A stretch of 28,361 nucleotides of DNA from a virus (Duplodnaviria; Caudoviricetes), in IMG/VR virus record IMGVR_UViG_3300033412_000055, positions 1 to 28,361 of that record; one strand, written 5' to 3'. Positions 8,821 to 17,450 of this stretch are shown piece after piece. How positions within the stretch are numbered: position 1 is the stretch's first letter; every line of letters starts with the position of its first letter. The position numbers were made by a program, and so were the translations under genes. Below the pieces are notes generated by a model. It was not told the origin of the DNA, did no database searches, and saw nothing but the letters and a program-made list of their open reading frames with translations.

Positions 8821-9381
8821 CTAGCTGCCGGCGGCTTCCTCTACTGCCTGCTCGTACCCCTCGACCTGCGCGCGGAGCGTCAGCTCCCAGCCGCCGTAGC
8901 CGCCGCTGTTCGGCAGCGCCGCGAGGCTGTCCATGTAGACCAGCGAGCAGCGCGGCCGAAGCTCGCCTGAGCGCAGCCTATTCCACAGTCCGTTCCATAG
9001 CGCCCACGCGTCCGCGTTCAACTGGGCGTCCGCCGCTTCCTGCGCGTCCGTCCGCGGCGCCTTCAGGTCGGAGCCGATCTTCGGGACGCAGCGGTACAGC
9101 GTGACCACGAACGTCACGATGTTCGCGCGGAACTCCTGCTTGTGGCGAGTGCCTGCGCCGAGCCCCGTCGGCCGCGTCGCGTCCTCCCCGACCCGCGGGA
9201 CGTACACCGTGAGCTGGTCGCAGTCGGGAAACGGCTTCCCGGGAGACAGGTAGCGCCGCTCCGGCGCCCCTTTCAGCGTTTCGAGTCCGTCGTACGTCGG
9301 GATCGTGTCGAGCACCGTCGCCGCGGCGGTCAGGAAGTCCAGCGCGACGAGATCCAGGTCGCCGGGGCCAGTCCCGGCCAT
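8821..9381 (-). CDS. Tail terminator / tail completion protein
   Basis: PDCDQLTVYV...LYRCVP...GGYGGW pattern; connector-module position. Confidence 0.6.
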   Translation of the reverse strand: MAGTGPGDLDLVALDFLTAAATVLDTIPTYDGLETLKGAPERRYLSPGKPFPDCDQLTVYVPRVGEDATRPTGLGAGTRHKQEFRANIVTFVVTLYRCVPKIGSDLKAPRTDAQEAADAQLNADAWALWNGLWNRLRSGELRPRCSLVYMDSLAALPNSGGYGGWELTLRAQVEGYEQAVEEAAGS

Positions 9382-9696
9382 CTACGCGTCGAACCCGTCC
9401 CGCAGCGCCGACGTCAGCCACGGACGGCCGTTCTGGTCGTGAAACGCCGGGTAGAAGAAGCCGCCGTGCTCCGCGTCCGTGAGAACGACCGCCTCGAGCC
9501 CCTCGCCGCTCTCGCGAAGCTCGTAGCGAATCTCAGAGTGAAGGTCGCCGCTGCGAATCCCGATGATCTCGCCCGACGCGTTGTCGCTCGCAAGCGCGGC
9601 GACCTGCTCCGCCCGACGGCGAAGGTCCTGCCCCACCGGGCCCTGCTCGCTTTCCAGCAGCAGCTTCAGACCCGCCTCGTTCAGTAGCACCGCCAT
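9382..9696 (-). CDS. HK97-gp10-like neck / tail completion protein (104 aa)
   Basis: ATG 9696 in a TGATG overlap. GPVGQDLRRRAEQV...RSGDLHSEI...RPWLTSAL pattern. Confidence 0.7.
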   Translation of the reverse strand: MAVLLNEAGLKLLLESEQGPVGQDLRRRAEQVAALASDNASGEIIGIRSGDLHSEIRYELRESGEGLEAVVLTDAEHGGFFYPAFHDQNGRPWLTSALRDGFDA

Positions 9697-10805
9697 CAGG
9701 CGACCTTCCTCGCCATGCGCATCCTCGACGCGGAACTCCAGACCATCGGACGCCGCAGCAGCCCGTTCGGGTTCACCGCGTTCAGGAACAGGTCGACCTT
9801 CAGCATCCCCGTCTTCCACGCCTTCGTCACCGGGTCGCGCCGCAACACACCGCGCTCGATCGTGATGCCGGCGCGCGTGACGCGCACCGCGCCCTGCGGG
9901 ATCGCGCAGTCCTCATCGCCGTTGCACGAACGGTACAGCTCGCACGCAAGCTCCTTCGCCGCCTCGACCCCCGCGAGCGGCGGCGCCTGCCCGAACGTGT
10001 AGGCGACCGACCACGTCCCCTCCTCGGTGTCGTCGAGCCCCATGTTCTGACAGGCCGGCCAGCGGTCACCTCCCTTCCGGACAAGCCACCGCATCCGCTC
10101 GAGCCGGTAACCGTCCTCGTCGATCACTGCGCCGTCGATCTTCACCTGCGTGACCTGACGCACCGGATAGCCGGAGAGCAGCACGCGTGACGGATCGCAT
10201 GGCCCCTCGCAGAGGCCCCACCAGTCCCAGCGCGGCGGGGCGACGATGTGGCCGCGGGACAGCACCTGGCCGCACGGACAGTTCGGACGGCACAGCGGAC
10301 GCACCGTCTTCGACGACAGCCCGTAGAACAGACGACCCGAGTTCAGGAACAGCAGCTGCGAGGCCGTGTCGCCGTACGGCTGGAGCACATCAGGGTCGGT
10401 CGTGCCCGTCAACCCGCAGCAGTCGGCGATCTCGTCTGCCGTCACCCACGACGTCGCCGGTCCAAACGCGGCCCCACCCTCCGACGGCGTCGGAATCGGG
10501 CTCGGCAGCGAACCAGGCGCGACGACGACAAGATCGTCCGGCGTCGAGTTCGTGTCCGGGTCCCAGGTGCCGTCCGGCGACCAGACGATCGTGTATTGCC
10601 CGAGATCGGCCGGCGCCGCGCCTACGCTCCAGGTGAAGATCCCCGTCGGGATCGAAGCCACCTCGTTCTCGGCGATGCCGGCGGTCGTCGGCCCGAGAAC
10701 GACGTTGCCCTGGTTGTCGATGATCGCCGCGGCGATCGTGCCGACCACCGCGTCAGGATCAGGGCCGTAGACGGCCTCGAACGGCGCAGACGCCTCTACA
10801 TCCAC
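9696..10805 (-). CDS. Head-to-tail adaptor with an extra N-terminal beta-rich domain
   Basis: ASQLLF..SGR.F.G...TVRP, PVRQVTQVKIDG, WPACQ, ELACELY...C, VTRAGITI, TG..KVDLFL.AVNP, as recalled for cluster B-like adaptors. Confidence 0.8.
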   Translation of the reverse strand: MDVEASAPFEAVYGPDPDAVVGTIAAAIIDNQGNVVLGPTTAGIAENEVASIPTGIFTWSVGAAPADLGQYTIVWSPDGTWDPDTNSTPDDLVVVAPGSLPSPIPTPSEGGAAFGPATSWVTADEIADCCGLTGTTDPDVLQPYGDTASQLLFLNSGRLFYGLSSKTVRPLCRPNCPCGQVLSRGHIVAPPRWDWWGLCEGPCDPSRVLLSGYPVRQVTQVKIDGAVIDEDGYRLERMRWLVRKGGDRWPACQNMGLDDTEEGTWSVAYTFGQAPPLAGVEAAKELACELYRSCNGDEDCAIPQGAVRVTRAGITIERGVLRRDPVTKAWKTGMLKVDLFLNAVNPNGLLRRPMVWSSASRMRMARKVA

Positions 10806-10811
10806 GCGCGC

Positions 10812-10839
10812 ATTCTCTCAGACAGGTAGGTCGCGACCT
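10812..10839 (-). promoter_or_regulatory. Putative promoter GCGACC-N11-GAGAAT (leaderless), overlapping a 12-bp palindrome AGGTCGCGACCT
   Basis: GAGAAT (10817-10812) ends 6 nt before GTG 10805; no SD next to the start. Palindrome at 10828-10839. Confidence 0.45.
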
Positions 10840-10858
10840 CCGCCGACGGTGCGCTCGC

Positions 10859-11401
10859 TCACTTCACGGCTTTCAACTGGATCGACAGATCCGTGACCGC
10901 GTTCCAGTAGAACGAGCGCGCCTGCGCCTGCATCTCCGCATTCCGGTTCATGATCTCCTCCGGCACGCCCATCCCGTCAATCGTGACGACCTCGAAGTTC
11001 GCGGTGATCGGGTAGTGCGAAAGCCCCTGCGCCTCGAGCCATTCCGGGCTCAGGTAATAGAAGTTGACCTCGTGGATGTATCTGGTGTGCGACGGATCCC
11101 AGAATCCCCGGTCTGCTTTCGCGTACGGACAGGTGAGCGTGACCTTGCCGCCCTTCCGCATGATCCTGTGGAGTTCGTTGAAGAACATCCAGAAGCCGTC
11201 GACGCCGGCGTACTCGGGTCGGTAGTGCGGGATGTGCTCGATCAGGTGGTTCGACACGACCTCGCTGACCGAGCGATCCTTGAACGGCCACGGATACTGG
11301 AACAGGTCGACGAGGAAGTCAGGCTCACCCGTGATGTCGACGGCCTTGAAGCCTGGAGTCGGTCGCGCGCCCGCGCCGAGATCAAGTCTTAGGACAGCCA
11401 C
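10859..11401 (-). CDS. Class I SAM-dependent methyltransferase (type-11-like, glycan-locus-associated kind)
   Basis: LRLDLGAG (motif I), VDI, WPFKDRSVSEV.SNHLIEHI, ELHRIMRKGG, DPSH. Confidence 0.85.
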   Translation of the reverse strand: MAVLRLDLGAGARPTPGFKAVDITGEPDFLVDLFQYPWPFKDRSVSEVVSNHLIEHIPHYRPEYAGVDGFWMFFNELHRIMRKGGKVTLTCPYAKADRGFWDPSHTRYIHEVNFYYLSPEWLEAQGLSHYPITANFEVVTIDGMGVPEEIMNRNAEMQAQARSFYWNAVTDLSIQLKAVK

Positions 11402-11443
11402 CCGCGCGAGACCCTACACGATCCAGCACGCCCTGACCAGGTC

Positions 11444-12136
11444 TTACGCCTTGATCCAGGCAAGCCCGGTGTCCGCTCCGGCGGGCGCGGCCTTGTAGGC
11501 GACGAGAGCCGCCGCCACATCGGGCGTGCCTGCCGGTGCGTTCCAGGTCCCGTCGAGGCTGACGCTGCCAGCTGCCGAGAGGATCTTGTATTCCGTGCAC
11601 TGTGACCACTGCTCTGTGGCGTACTGGAAGTCCTGAAGCTCGTTCGCGCCACCGGAGGGCGTGTTAGTGCCCTGTCCATTCCGGAACGAGCCGCCGATCA
11701 CGAGAGTGTCGGCGACGGTGGTCGAGACGTTGCCTGTCGACCACGGATCGGCGGTCTGATTCTGCCCGGTGTGAACGTCAACCGGGGCACCTGTGTCAAG
11801 GCCGGTGCAGTACCAGCCGCCGATCAGCAGCCCGAGCACGCCGCCGCCAGTCATGTTGACGGTGATCACGGTGCTCGCCGCCAGCCCAGCGGGAGCCTGG
11901 GCGCTAGCGACGGCGAATCCCCAGTTGATCGCCCCATTGAACGGCTGCGAATGGTCAACCGTCCATGTGAGACCGCCGCCGCTGATGCTGGTGATCGTCG
12001 CGGCGGCTGCCACGCCCCAGCCGATGCACAGCCCGGCGAGCGCCCCGCTGGGGACGACCGCCGAGGTGGTCAAGGTGCCGCTGGTCCCTGCGCCGTTGGC
12101 GTTCGTCCCCAGCGTAGTGGGCGTCCCGATCGGCAT
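11444..12136 (-). CDS. Beta-rich Gly/Thr/Ala putative virion protein (decoration or fibre-associated)
   Basis: 230 aa, two-fold internal pattern (GALAGLCIG / DTLVIGG; GGGLTWT / SGGANEL); abuts the upstream stop. No Arg-rich or enzyme motifs. Confidence 0.55.
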   Translation of the reverse strand: MPIGTPTTLGTNANGAGTSGTLTTSAVVPSGALAGLCIGWGVAAAATITSISGGGLTWTVDHSQPFNGAINWGFAVASAQAPAGLAASTVITVNMTGGGVLGLLIGGWYCTGLDTGAPVDVHTGQNQTADPWSTGNVSTTVADTLVIGGSFRNGQGTNTPSGGANELQDFQYATEQWSQCTEYKILSAAGSVSLDGTWNAPAGTPDVAAALVAYKAAPAGADTGLAWIKA

Positions 12137-13258
12137 CTAGTAGACGGGGTTCACGATCTGGCCGGTGTCGTCCCACACGTTGCCGCTCCACACCATGCCC
12201 GGCTGAGACGAGTCCCAGTACGTGACGGGACCGAGCACACCACAGTCAGGCTCGAACTTACGGCCGAAGTGGTTGTTCGTGAACGTGATGTTGTAGCTGT
12301 GGAACGGCTTGGACGGCCCCCCTGACCCGTAGAAGCAGTAAGCGCCCCCGGTGTTCAAGAGGTTCCCGTCGATGACGAAGTCGTAGACGTTGCTGAAGTC
12401 GTCGAAGATGCCGATGGCAGCGGTGCAGCCTCGCGCCGGGCCGTCGTTGCACTCCACGTTGTTGTGGATGATCCGTGACCCGTGGCCGTCACCGATGAAG
12501 ATCCCGTCCTTGTGCGCCTGGTTGTTGTTCCCGAGGCCGTGGATGTACGAGTCCTGGATCAGGACGTTGTTCTTGACTCCGGCCCCGTGGCCCGCGTTGT
12601 AGATGTTGACGCGCAGCAGCGTGTAGTTGTTCTCGAGGATCGCGATAGGCGTGTCATCGTCGCTCGTGGAGAGGCAGTTGCAGTTGATCGTCGTGTCTGA
12701 GATCACCAGGCCGGTCTGATTGTCCGACGGCCGCACGGGACCGAGGATCAGGCTGCGCGTGATCTTCACGTTGCTGGCGTTGACGATCACCGGCCCCGCG
12801 AACTGGCAGGCGTCATACGTCCCGGTGGTGTTGATCGTGGAGCTGCACGAATGAAGGGTCACCCCTGGCGGTGTGCCTGTGTTCGTCGCGTCCGGCCAAG
12901 AGCCGGGGGGAGGCGGAGGCGGAGGCGGAGGCGGAGGCGGAGGCGGCGTGGTGCAGCAATGCCCGTTCGCACCCTTCACCAGCGAGTCGACGTCGTATGA
13001 GTTCGCGGTGTTCTTAGAGAACTTGACAGACGTCTTGGAGGCGTCGTTGGTGCGGGACACCAAGACGCCGTTCGCGGAGTAGAGGTAGCCGTAGCCGCTC
13101 TGCGCTGGATAGCTGAACGTGATCGTACTGCCCGTCTGACTGACGACGGTCAGGGCGAACTCACTCGCGCCCACCGCCCCGGATACTCCTAGCAGGAGTA
13201 GGGCCGCGAGCGCGGCAAGGACGAGCTTTCTACCAGACGATCCTGTTCTGCGCGTCAT
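12137..13258 (-). CDS. Secreted right-handed parallel beta-helix protein (pectate-lyase-like) with signal peptide, small beta domain and Pro14 linker
   Basis: MTRRTGSSGRK-LVLAALAALLLLGVSG-AVGA signal. WPDATNTG, NVKITRSLI, VLIQDSYIH, HKDGIF, IIHNNV, IDGNLL, FTNNHF, WSGNVW rungs. Confidence 0.8.
   Translation of the reverse strand: MTRRTGSSGRKLVLAALAALLLLGVSGAVGASEFALTVVSQTGSTITFSYPAQSGYGYLYSANGVLVSRTNDASKTSVKFSKNTANSYDVDSLVKGANGHCCTTPPPPPPPPPPPPPPGSWPDATNTGTPPGVTLHSCSSTINTTGTYDACQFAGPVIVNASNVKITRSLILGPVRPSDNQTGLVISDTTINCNCLSTSDDDTPIAILENNYTLLRVNIYNAGHGAGVKNNVLIQDSYIHGLGNNNQAHKDGIFIGDGHGSRIIHNNVECNDGPARGCTAAIGIFDDFSNVYDFVIDGNLLNTGGAYCFYGSGGPSKPFHSYNITFTNNHFGRKFEPDCGVLGPVTYWDSSQPGMVWSGNVWDDTGQIVNPVY
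12905..12946. repeat. (AGGCGG)6 hexamer microsatellite plus G run, encoding Pro14
   Basis: Perfect alternation of CCG/CCT codons at 12911-12946. Confidence 0.95.
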
Positions 13259-13958
13259 AGTGACCTACCTTCACTCGGTTGTCGGAGGCGATCCGATAGC
13301 CGGCTCGTCGCGCGTTCCCCATGAAGTAGAGGTCCTGCGTCCCCACTCTCGCGCCCCCATCGGGTGTCCATTCGTTCAGCGTCTGGAACCACGGCCTCGG
13401 GATTCGTTCGTCGCGAAAGAGATTCATGTCGAACAGTGTGAAGCCCATGCCGGTGCCGTTGCACTCCTGCACCTGCCCCGTCTTCGGCACCTGCGGCTGG
13501 AAGCCCATGATCCCCTTTGGATCCCCGTAGATCATCGGCTGGCCGTTCTCACCCTTCGTGTAGTAGAGCCCCGCGACGATCGCGTACTCGTCGATCGACT
13601 CGTACAACCTGTGCAGTCCATCCGGCGGAGGCATGTTGTCCTCCTCGAACGTCAGCATGTACCGGAAGCTCTGGAGGGCCGGGTGTTTCAGGATCAGATC
13701 GACCGCGGCGTTGTAGGCGGCCGCGACCTCCATCCGCTCGACGAAGATGCGGACGAACGGCTGATTCATCATCGGGATCATGTCCATCATTGACTGGACA
13801 ACCCGCGCGGGGATCGTTCCTCGCGTCGGGACGACCATCACGGTAGAGAGGTCGCGGTATCCCTTTCCCTCCTTGAGCCGCTTCCGGGTGTTCGCCGGCT
13901 TCGCGTGATGGCGGGGTTGGATGTCGCCGCCGATGATGATGGTGGGCTCGTCATTCAT
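13230..13958 (-). CDS. GT-A fold glycosyltransferase (GT2-like)
   Basis: MVVPTRG, YNAAV, YMLTFEEDN (DxD-equivalent), IVAGLY, GTGMGFTL, QDLYF, AGYRIASD..VKVGH. Confidence 0.85.
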   Translation of the reverse strand: MNDEPTIIIGGDIQPRHHAKPANTRKRLKEGKGYRDLSTVMVVPTRGTIPARVVQSMMDMIPMMNQPFVRIFVERMEVAAAYNAAVDLILKHPALQSFRYMLTFEEDNMPPPDGLHRLYESIDEYAIVAGLYYTKGENGQPMIYGDPKGIMGFQPQVPKTGQVQECNGTGMGFTLFDMNLFRDERIPRPWFQTLNEWTPDGGARVGTQDLYFMGNARRAGYRIASDNRVKVGHYDAQNRIVW

Positions 13959-16900
13959 ACCGTTCCGCTCCTGAGATGGAAGACTGGCTCACGTAGCGCC
14001 ATACTGCCGGAACCCTGGATCTGCGTGAACGCGATCGAGGCAGGAATCCCCGACGTCGAGGCGCTATACACACCGAGGCCGAGCTGGTACTGGTCGGTGG
14101 CATTGGCGCCCGCACCGAGGAGCCCTGACCAGGCCGAGTTCGTGAACTTGCTGACGCACAGCTGGCTGACGGTGTGGCCCGCGCCTCCGCCTGTCGTGGT
14201 GCGGATGACGATCCCGAACCAGTAGTCGTCCTCCGTAATCGTGTTCGTCCACGGGATGGAGAGCCACTTCGGACCGCCGTAGAGCGAGTAGGAACCTGCG
14301 GTGCCCGACCCGGTGAAGTTCGTCGAGGTCGAGATCGAGGAGATCAGGCTGATCGAGGACGCGTTCCGAGAGTAGATCCCAGCCCATGCGCTGATCGTGA
14401 TGGAGTTCGAGGAGTTCGTGGCGTTCGAGATCTGCATCCCCAGGAGCAGCCTGTCGTGCTGGATATTCGGGAAATGCAGCGGTGCTACGTGCAGCGTTCC
14501 TTGCCCCTGCTGCCCCGTGACGATCGGGATGTCGTTGAAGGGGTAGAACTGCGTGCGGAACGGCAGCTGCACCGAGATCGTGGAGCCGTTCGTGCTGATC
14601 TGCACGCCGTTCGTACCGACCAGGGACGATGTCGCCGGGGCGTCGATCGAGACCGTGCCGCCATTAGCCCCGGTCGTCTGCGACAGCGAGATCGCGTTCG
14701 TTCCGACCAAGACGAGCTGCGTACCCGTCAGGCCCGTCGCTCCAGCCGTGTTGCCGCCCGTCGACACACCCGCTGAGAACTGCCCGGCCCCACCCCCAGC
14801 TCCGGAGATGCTGATCGTCGCTCCGGCGGCGCCCGTCGTCTGACTGAGCGTGATGTTGTTCGTGCCCACAAGCACGATCCGCGTCCCCGTAACGCCAGTG
14901 GCCCCGGCGGTATTGCCCAGGTTCGAGGCGCCCGCTGAGAATCCTCCTCCGCCACCTACGATCGACACCGTCTCTGAGGCGCCGTTCGTGGAGCCGGACA
15001 GCGTGATGTTCGCTCCGCCCGCGAGCACGAGCCGACCAGCCACGGTGCCCGTGTCCCCTGCGGTGTTGCCCCCTGAGACGCCGGCGCTGAACTGGGTGCC
15101 GGTCTGCGTCGGCGCGCTGATACGGAGCGAGCCTGCGGAGTAGCCGACGCTGACAGCGCCGTCGCCGGCGATCGAGAGTGTCCGCGCATCCATCGTCGTC
15201 GAGGACGACTGGGCCGTCGTGTTCTGCACGGCGTACATGCCGAGCGTCTGGTTCGTCTGCGCGACCGCGTTCGGAGCCGAGATCGTGATCGTGCCACTCG
15301 CTCCGTTGATCGACTGGCTGAGGGTGATGTTGTTCCCGCCGGCGAGCAGGAACCTAACCTGGCCGCCCGAGGCGATGCCCGTCGTCCCGGACGTGTTGCC
15401 GAGATTGCTCATCCCGAACGACTGTGATTCCACGGTCTGCGCCGGGGCGCTGACCCGAATCAGGTTCGCGGCGGTGTTCACGGTCACATCCCCGAAGCCG
15501 GAGATGGAGACGGTCCCCGATGAGAACGTCGCGTCGGACGCGACGATGTTCTGCACCCCCGGCTGCACGGACTGCGTCGCGTCTATCACCACCCGCTGAC
15601 CCGCAGAGGACTTCACCGTGATCATGTTCGACCCGGTGAACTGGACGGTGCCAGAGGTGTAGGTCGCGTCGGACGCGATGATCCCGCTAATCCCCGTCTG
15701 CGCCCCGCCAACGCTCGGCCCACTGATGGTGACGGCGTTCCCGTTCTGCGACACAGTGATGTTGTTGCCGCCAGCCAGCGTCATCGTCCCGGAGGAGATC
15801 AGCGCCATCGCGCCGGCGGTGTTCCCCGAGAGGCTCACGTCAACGACGTTCTGCGTCTGTACGGTCTGGTTCCCGGCGCTGATCGAGATCGTCCCAGACG
15901 CACCGTTCAAGGACTGGGACAGCGTCACGTTGTTACCGCCCGCAAACAGCATCCGCACCTGGGCCCCCGAGGCAATCCCGGTCGTGCCTGACGTGTTCCC
16001 GAGGTTCGACATGCCGATCGACTGACTCTCGGCTGTCTGGACTGGTGCGCTGATCCTGATGATGTTTGCGGCGGTGTTGACCGTCACATCGCCGAACCCG
16101 GAGATGCTCACCGTCCCGGACGAGAATGTCGTGTTCGACGCCACGAGATTCTGAACGCCAGGCTGAACCGACTGAGCCGCGACGGAGAGGTCGACGCGCT
16201 GGCCCGTGTTGCTCGAGACCGTGATCCCGCCGCCGACGCCGGTGAACCTGACGGTGCCAGACGTGTAGGTCGTGTCCGAAGCCGCGATCCCGCCCAGGAA
16301 CGTCTGAGTCTCGGGCTGCACGCTCTGCGGCGCCACGGAGAGTTGGAGCTGGTTGCCGGTCGTGGAGCGAATCGTGATCGCGCCGAGTTCGCTCAGGGAC
16401 ACGGTCCCCGAGGTGAACGTCGTCTGCGAGTTCGCGATCCCGCTGATCCCCGTCTGCGCGCCCGCGGCATTCGGGCCCGAGATCGTGATCGCGTTGCCGG
16501 CCTGCGAGAGCGTGATGTTGTTCCCGCCGGCGAGCGTCAGCGTGCCCGACGACACGTCGGCGAGGGCTCCGGACGTGTTGCCTGCCAGCGTCAGGTTGAA
16601 GCGGCTCTGTGTCTGGACGCTCTGACTCGCATCCACAACGACGCGCTGGTTCGCGGACGAACGGATCGTCACGATCCCCGAGCCGGTGAACTGCACAGAC
16701 CCTGACGTGTAGGTCGCGTTCGACGCGACGATCGACGAGATGCCCGTCTGGATCGGCTGGGTCTGGACGCTCTGCGACGTCGTCGCTCCGCTGATCGTGA
16801 TCGCGTTGCCGTTCTGGCTGACTGTGATCGAGTTGCCGCCGGCGAGCGTGAGCGTCCCGCTCGAGACGAGCGCAAGCGCGCCCGCCGTGTTGCCAGCAGC

Positions 16901-17392
16901 CGTGAGGTCGAAGCGATCCTGCGTCTGAACCGACTGCGCGACCGTCGCCGGCCCGATGATGGAGACGGTGCCGCCGTTCGCGTCCGTCGCGCCCGAGAGG
17001 GTGATGTTCGCGCCGCCCGCGAGCGCGACGCGCGTTCCGGTGATGCCGGTCTGGCCGTCTGTGTTACCCCCCGAGATTCCTGCCGAGAAGCTCGGTGCAC
17101 TGTCGGCGGAGATCGAGATCGTGCCGCCATCGGCATCCGTTGCCTGTGAGAGCGTGACGGCGCCGATACCGGCGAGCACGACCCTGCTGCCGGTGATCCC
17201 CGTGTCACCGAGCGTATTGCCCAGGCTCGAGGCGCCGAGAGAGAAGGATCCCCCGCCACCCCCGCCGCCGACTGTCTCGACGACGAACTTGCTGACATCG
17301 GTATGGAACCGAGGCAGCCCGAGGTGCGGCAGCCCGTTCGGATCGACGTCCCGCTGATCCTGGAGCCTCTTGTAGATGCGAAGCGATGCCAC
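13955..17392 (-). CDS. 1145-aa Gly/Ser/Thr-rich modular repeat protein, putative virion fibre
   Basis: About 17 modules of 40-50 aa (LAGGNNITLSQ, TYTSGTVQFTG, GNTAG.TG) and a roughly 200-aa aromatic C-terminal globular domain. RBS GGAGGT. Confidence 0.75.
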   Translation of the reverse strand: MASLRIYKRLQDQRDVDPNGLPHLGLPRFHTDVSKFVVETVGGGGGGGSFSLGASSLGNTLGDTGITGSRVVLAGIGAVTLSQATDADGGTISISADSAPSFSAGISGGNTDGQTGITGTRVALAGGANITLSGATDANGGTVSIIGPATVAQSVQTQDRFDLTAAGNTAGALALVSSGTLTLAGGNSITVSQNGNAITISGATTSQSVQTQPIQTGISSIVASNATYTSGSVQFTGSGIVTIRSSANQRVVVDASQSVQTQSRFNLTLAGNTSGALADVSSGTLTLAGGNNITLSQAGNAITISGPNAAGAQTGISGIANSQTTFTSGTVSLSELGAITIRSTTGNQLQLSVAPQSVQPETQTFLGGIAASDTTYTSGTVRFTGVGGGITVSSNTGQRVDLSVAAQSVQPGVQNLVASNTTFSSGTVSISGFGDVTVNTAANIIRISAPVQTAESQSIGMSNLGNTSGTTGIASGAQVRMLFAGGNNVTLSQSLNGASGTISISAGNQTVQTQNVVDVSLSGNTAGAMALISSGTMTLAGGNNITVSQNGNAVTISGPSVGGAQTGISGIIASDATYTSGTVQFTGSNMITVKSSAGQRVVIDATQSVQPGVQNIVASDATFSSGTVSISGFGDVTVNTAANLIRVSAPAQTVESQSFGMSNLGNTSGTTGIASGGQVRFLLAGGNNITLSQSINGASGTITISAPNAVAQTNQTLGMYAVQNTTAQSSSTTMDARTLSIAGDGAVSVGYSAGSLRISAPTQTGTQFSAGVSGGNTAGDTGTVAGRLVLAGGANITLSGSTNGASETVSIVGGGGGFSAGASNLGNTAGATGVTGTRIVLVGTNNITLSQTTGAAGATISISGAGGGAGQFSAGVSTGGNTAGATGLTGTQLVLVGTNAISLSQTTGANGGTVSIDAPATSSLVGTNGVQISTNGSTISVQLPFRTQFYPFNDIPIVTGQQGQGTLHVAPLHFPNIQHDRLLLGMQISNATNSSNSITISAWAGIYSRNASSISLISSISTSTNFTGSGTAGSYSLYGGPKWLSIPWTNTITEDDYWFGIVIRTTTGGGAGHTVSQLCVSKFTNSAWSGLLGAGANATDQYQLGLGVYSASTSGIPASIAFTQIQGSGSMALREPVFHLRSGTV

Positions 17393-17404
17393 GATCAGCT
17401 ACCT

Positions 17405-17444
17405 CCGTGTGGGGCGGGGCGGCGCGCCCCGCCCCATTGCACGG
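17405..17444 (-). promoter_or_regulatory. Strong GC stem-loop between the major tail and fibre genes (no U-tract)
   Basis: 12-bp perfect stem TGGGGCGGGGCG (17410-17421) / CGCCCCGCCCCA (17425-17436), extended by CCGTG/CACGG. Confidence 0.75.
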
Positions 17445-17450
17445 TCGGCC

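Noticed and set aside
8443-10841. 13-nt repeat GGTCGCGACCTCC at 8443-8455 and 10829-10841 as an operator pair
   Set aside because: One copy is inside coding sequence (MEVAT), and such a match is plausible by chance at this GC content.
11402-11443. Fifth copy of the GACC-N11 promoter before the methyltransferase
   Set aside because: A -10-like TAGGGT is present, but there is no GACC at the 11-nt spacing. It may be another kind of promoter, but this is unsupported.
13955-17392. CRISPR array or diversity-generating retroelement TR/VR pair
   Set aside because: The repeats are in-frame protein modules with synonymous divergence, not adenine-specific changes. No repeat-spacer periodicity and no reverse transcriptase or cas gene.
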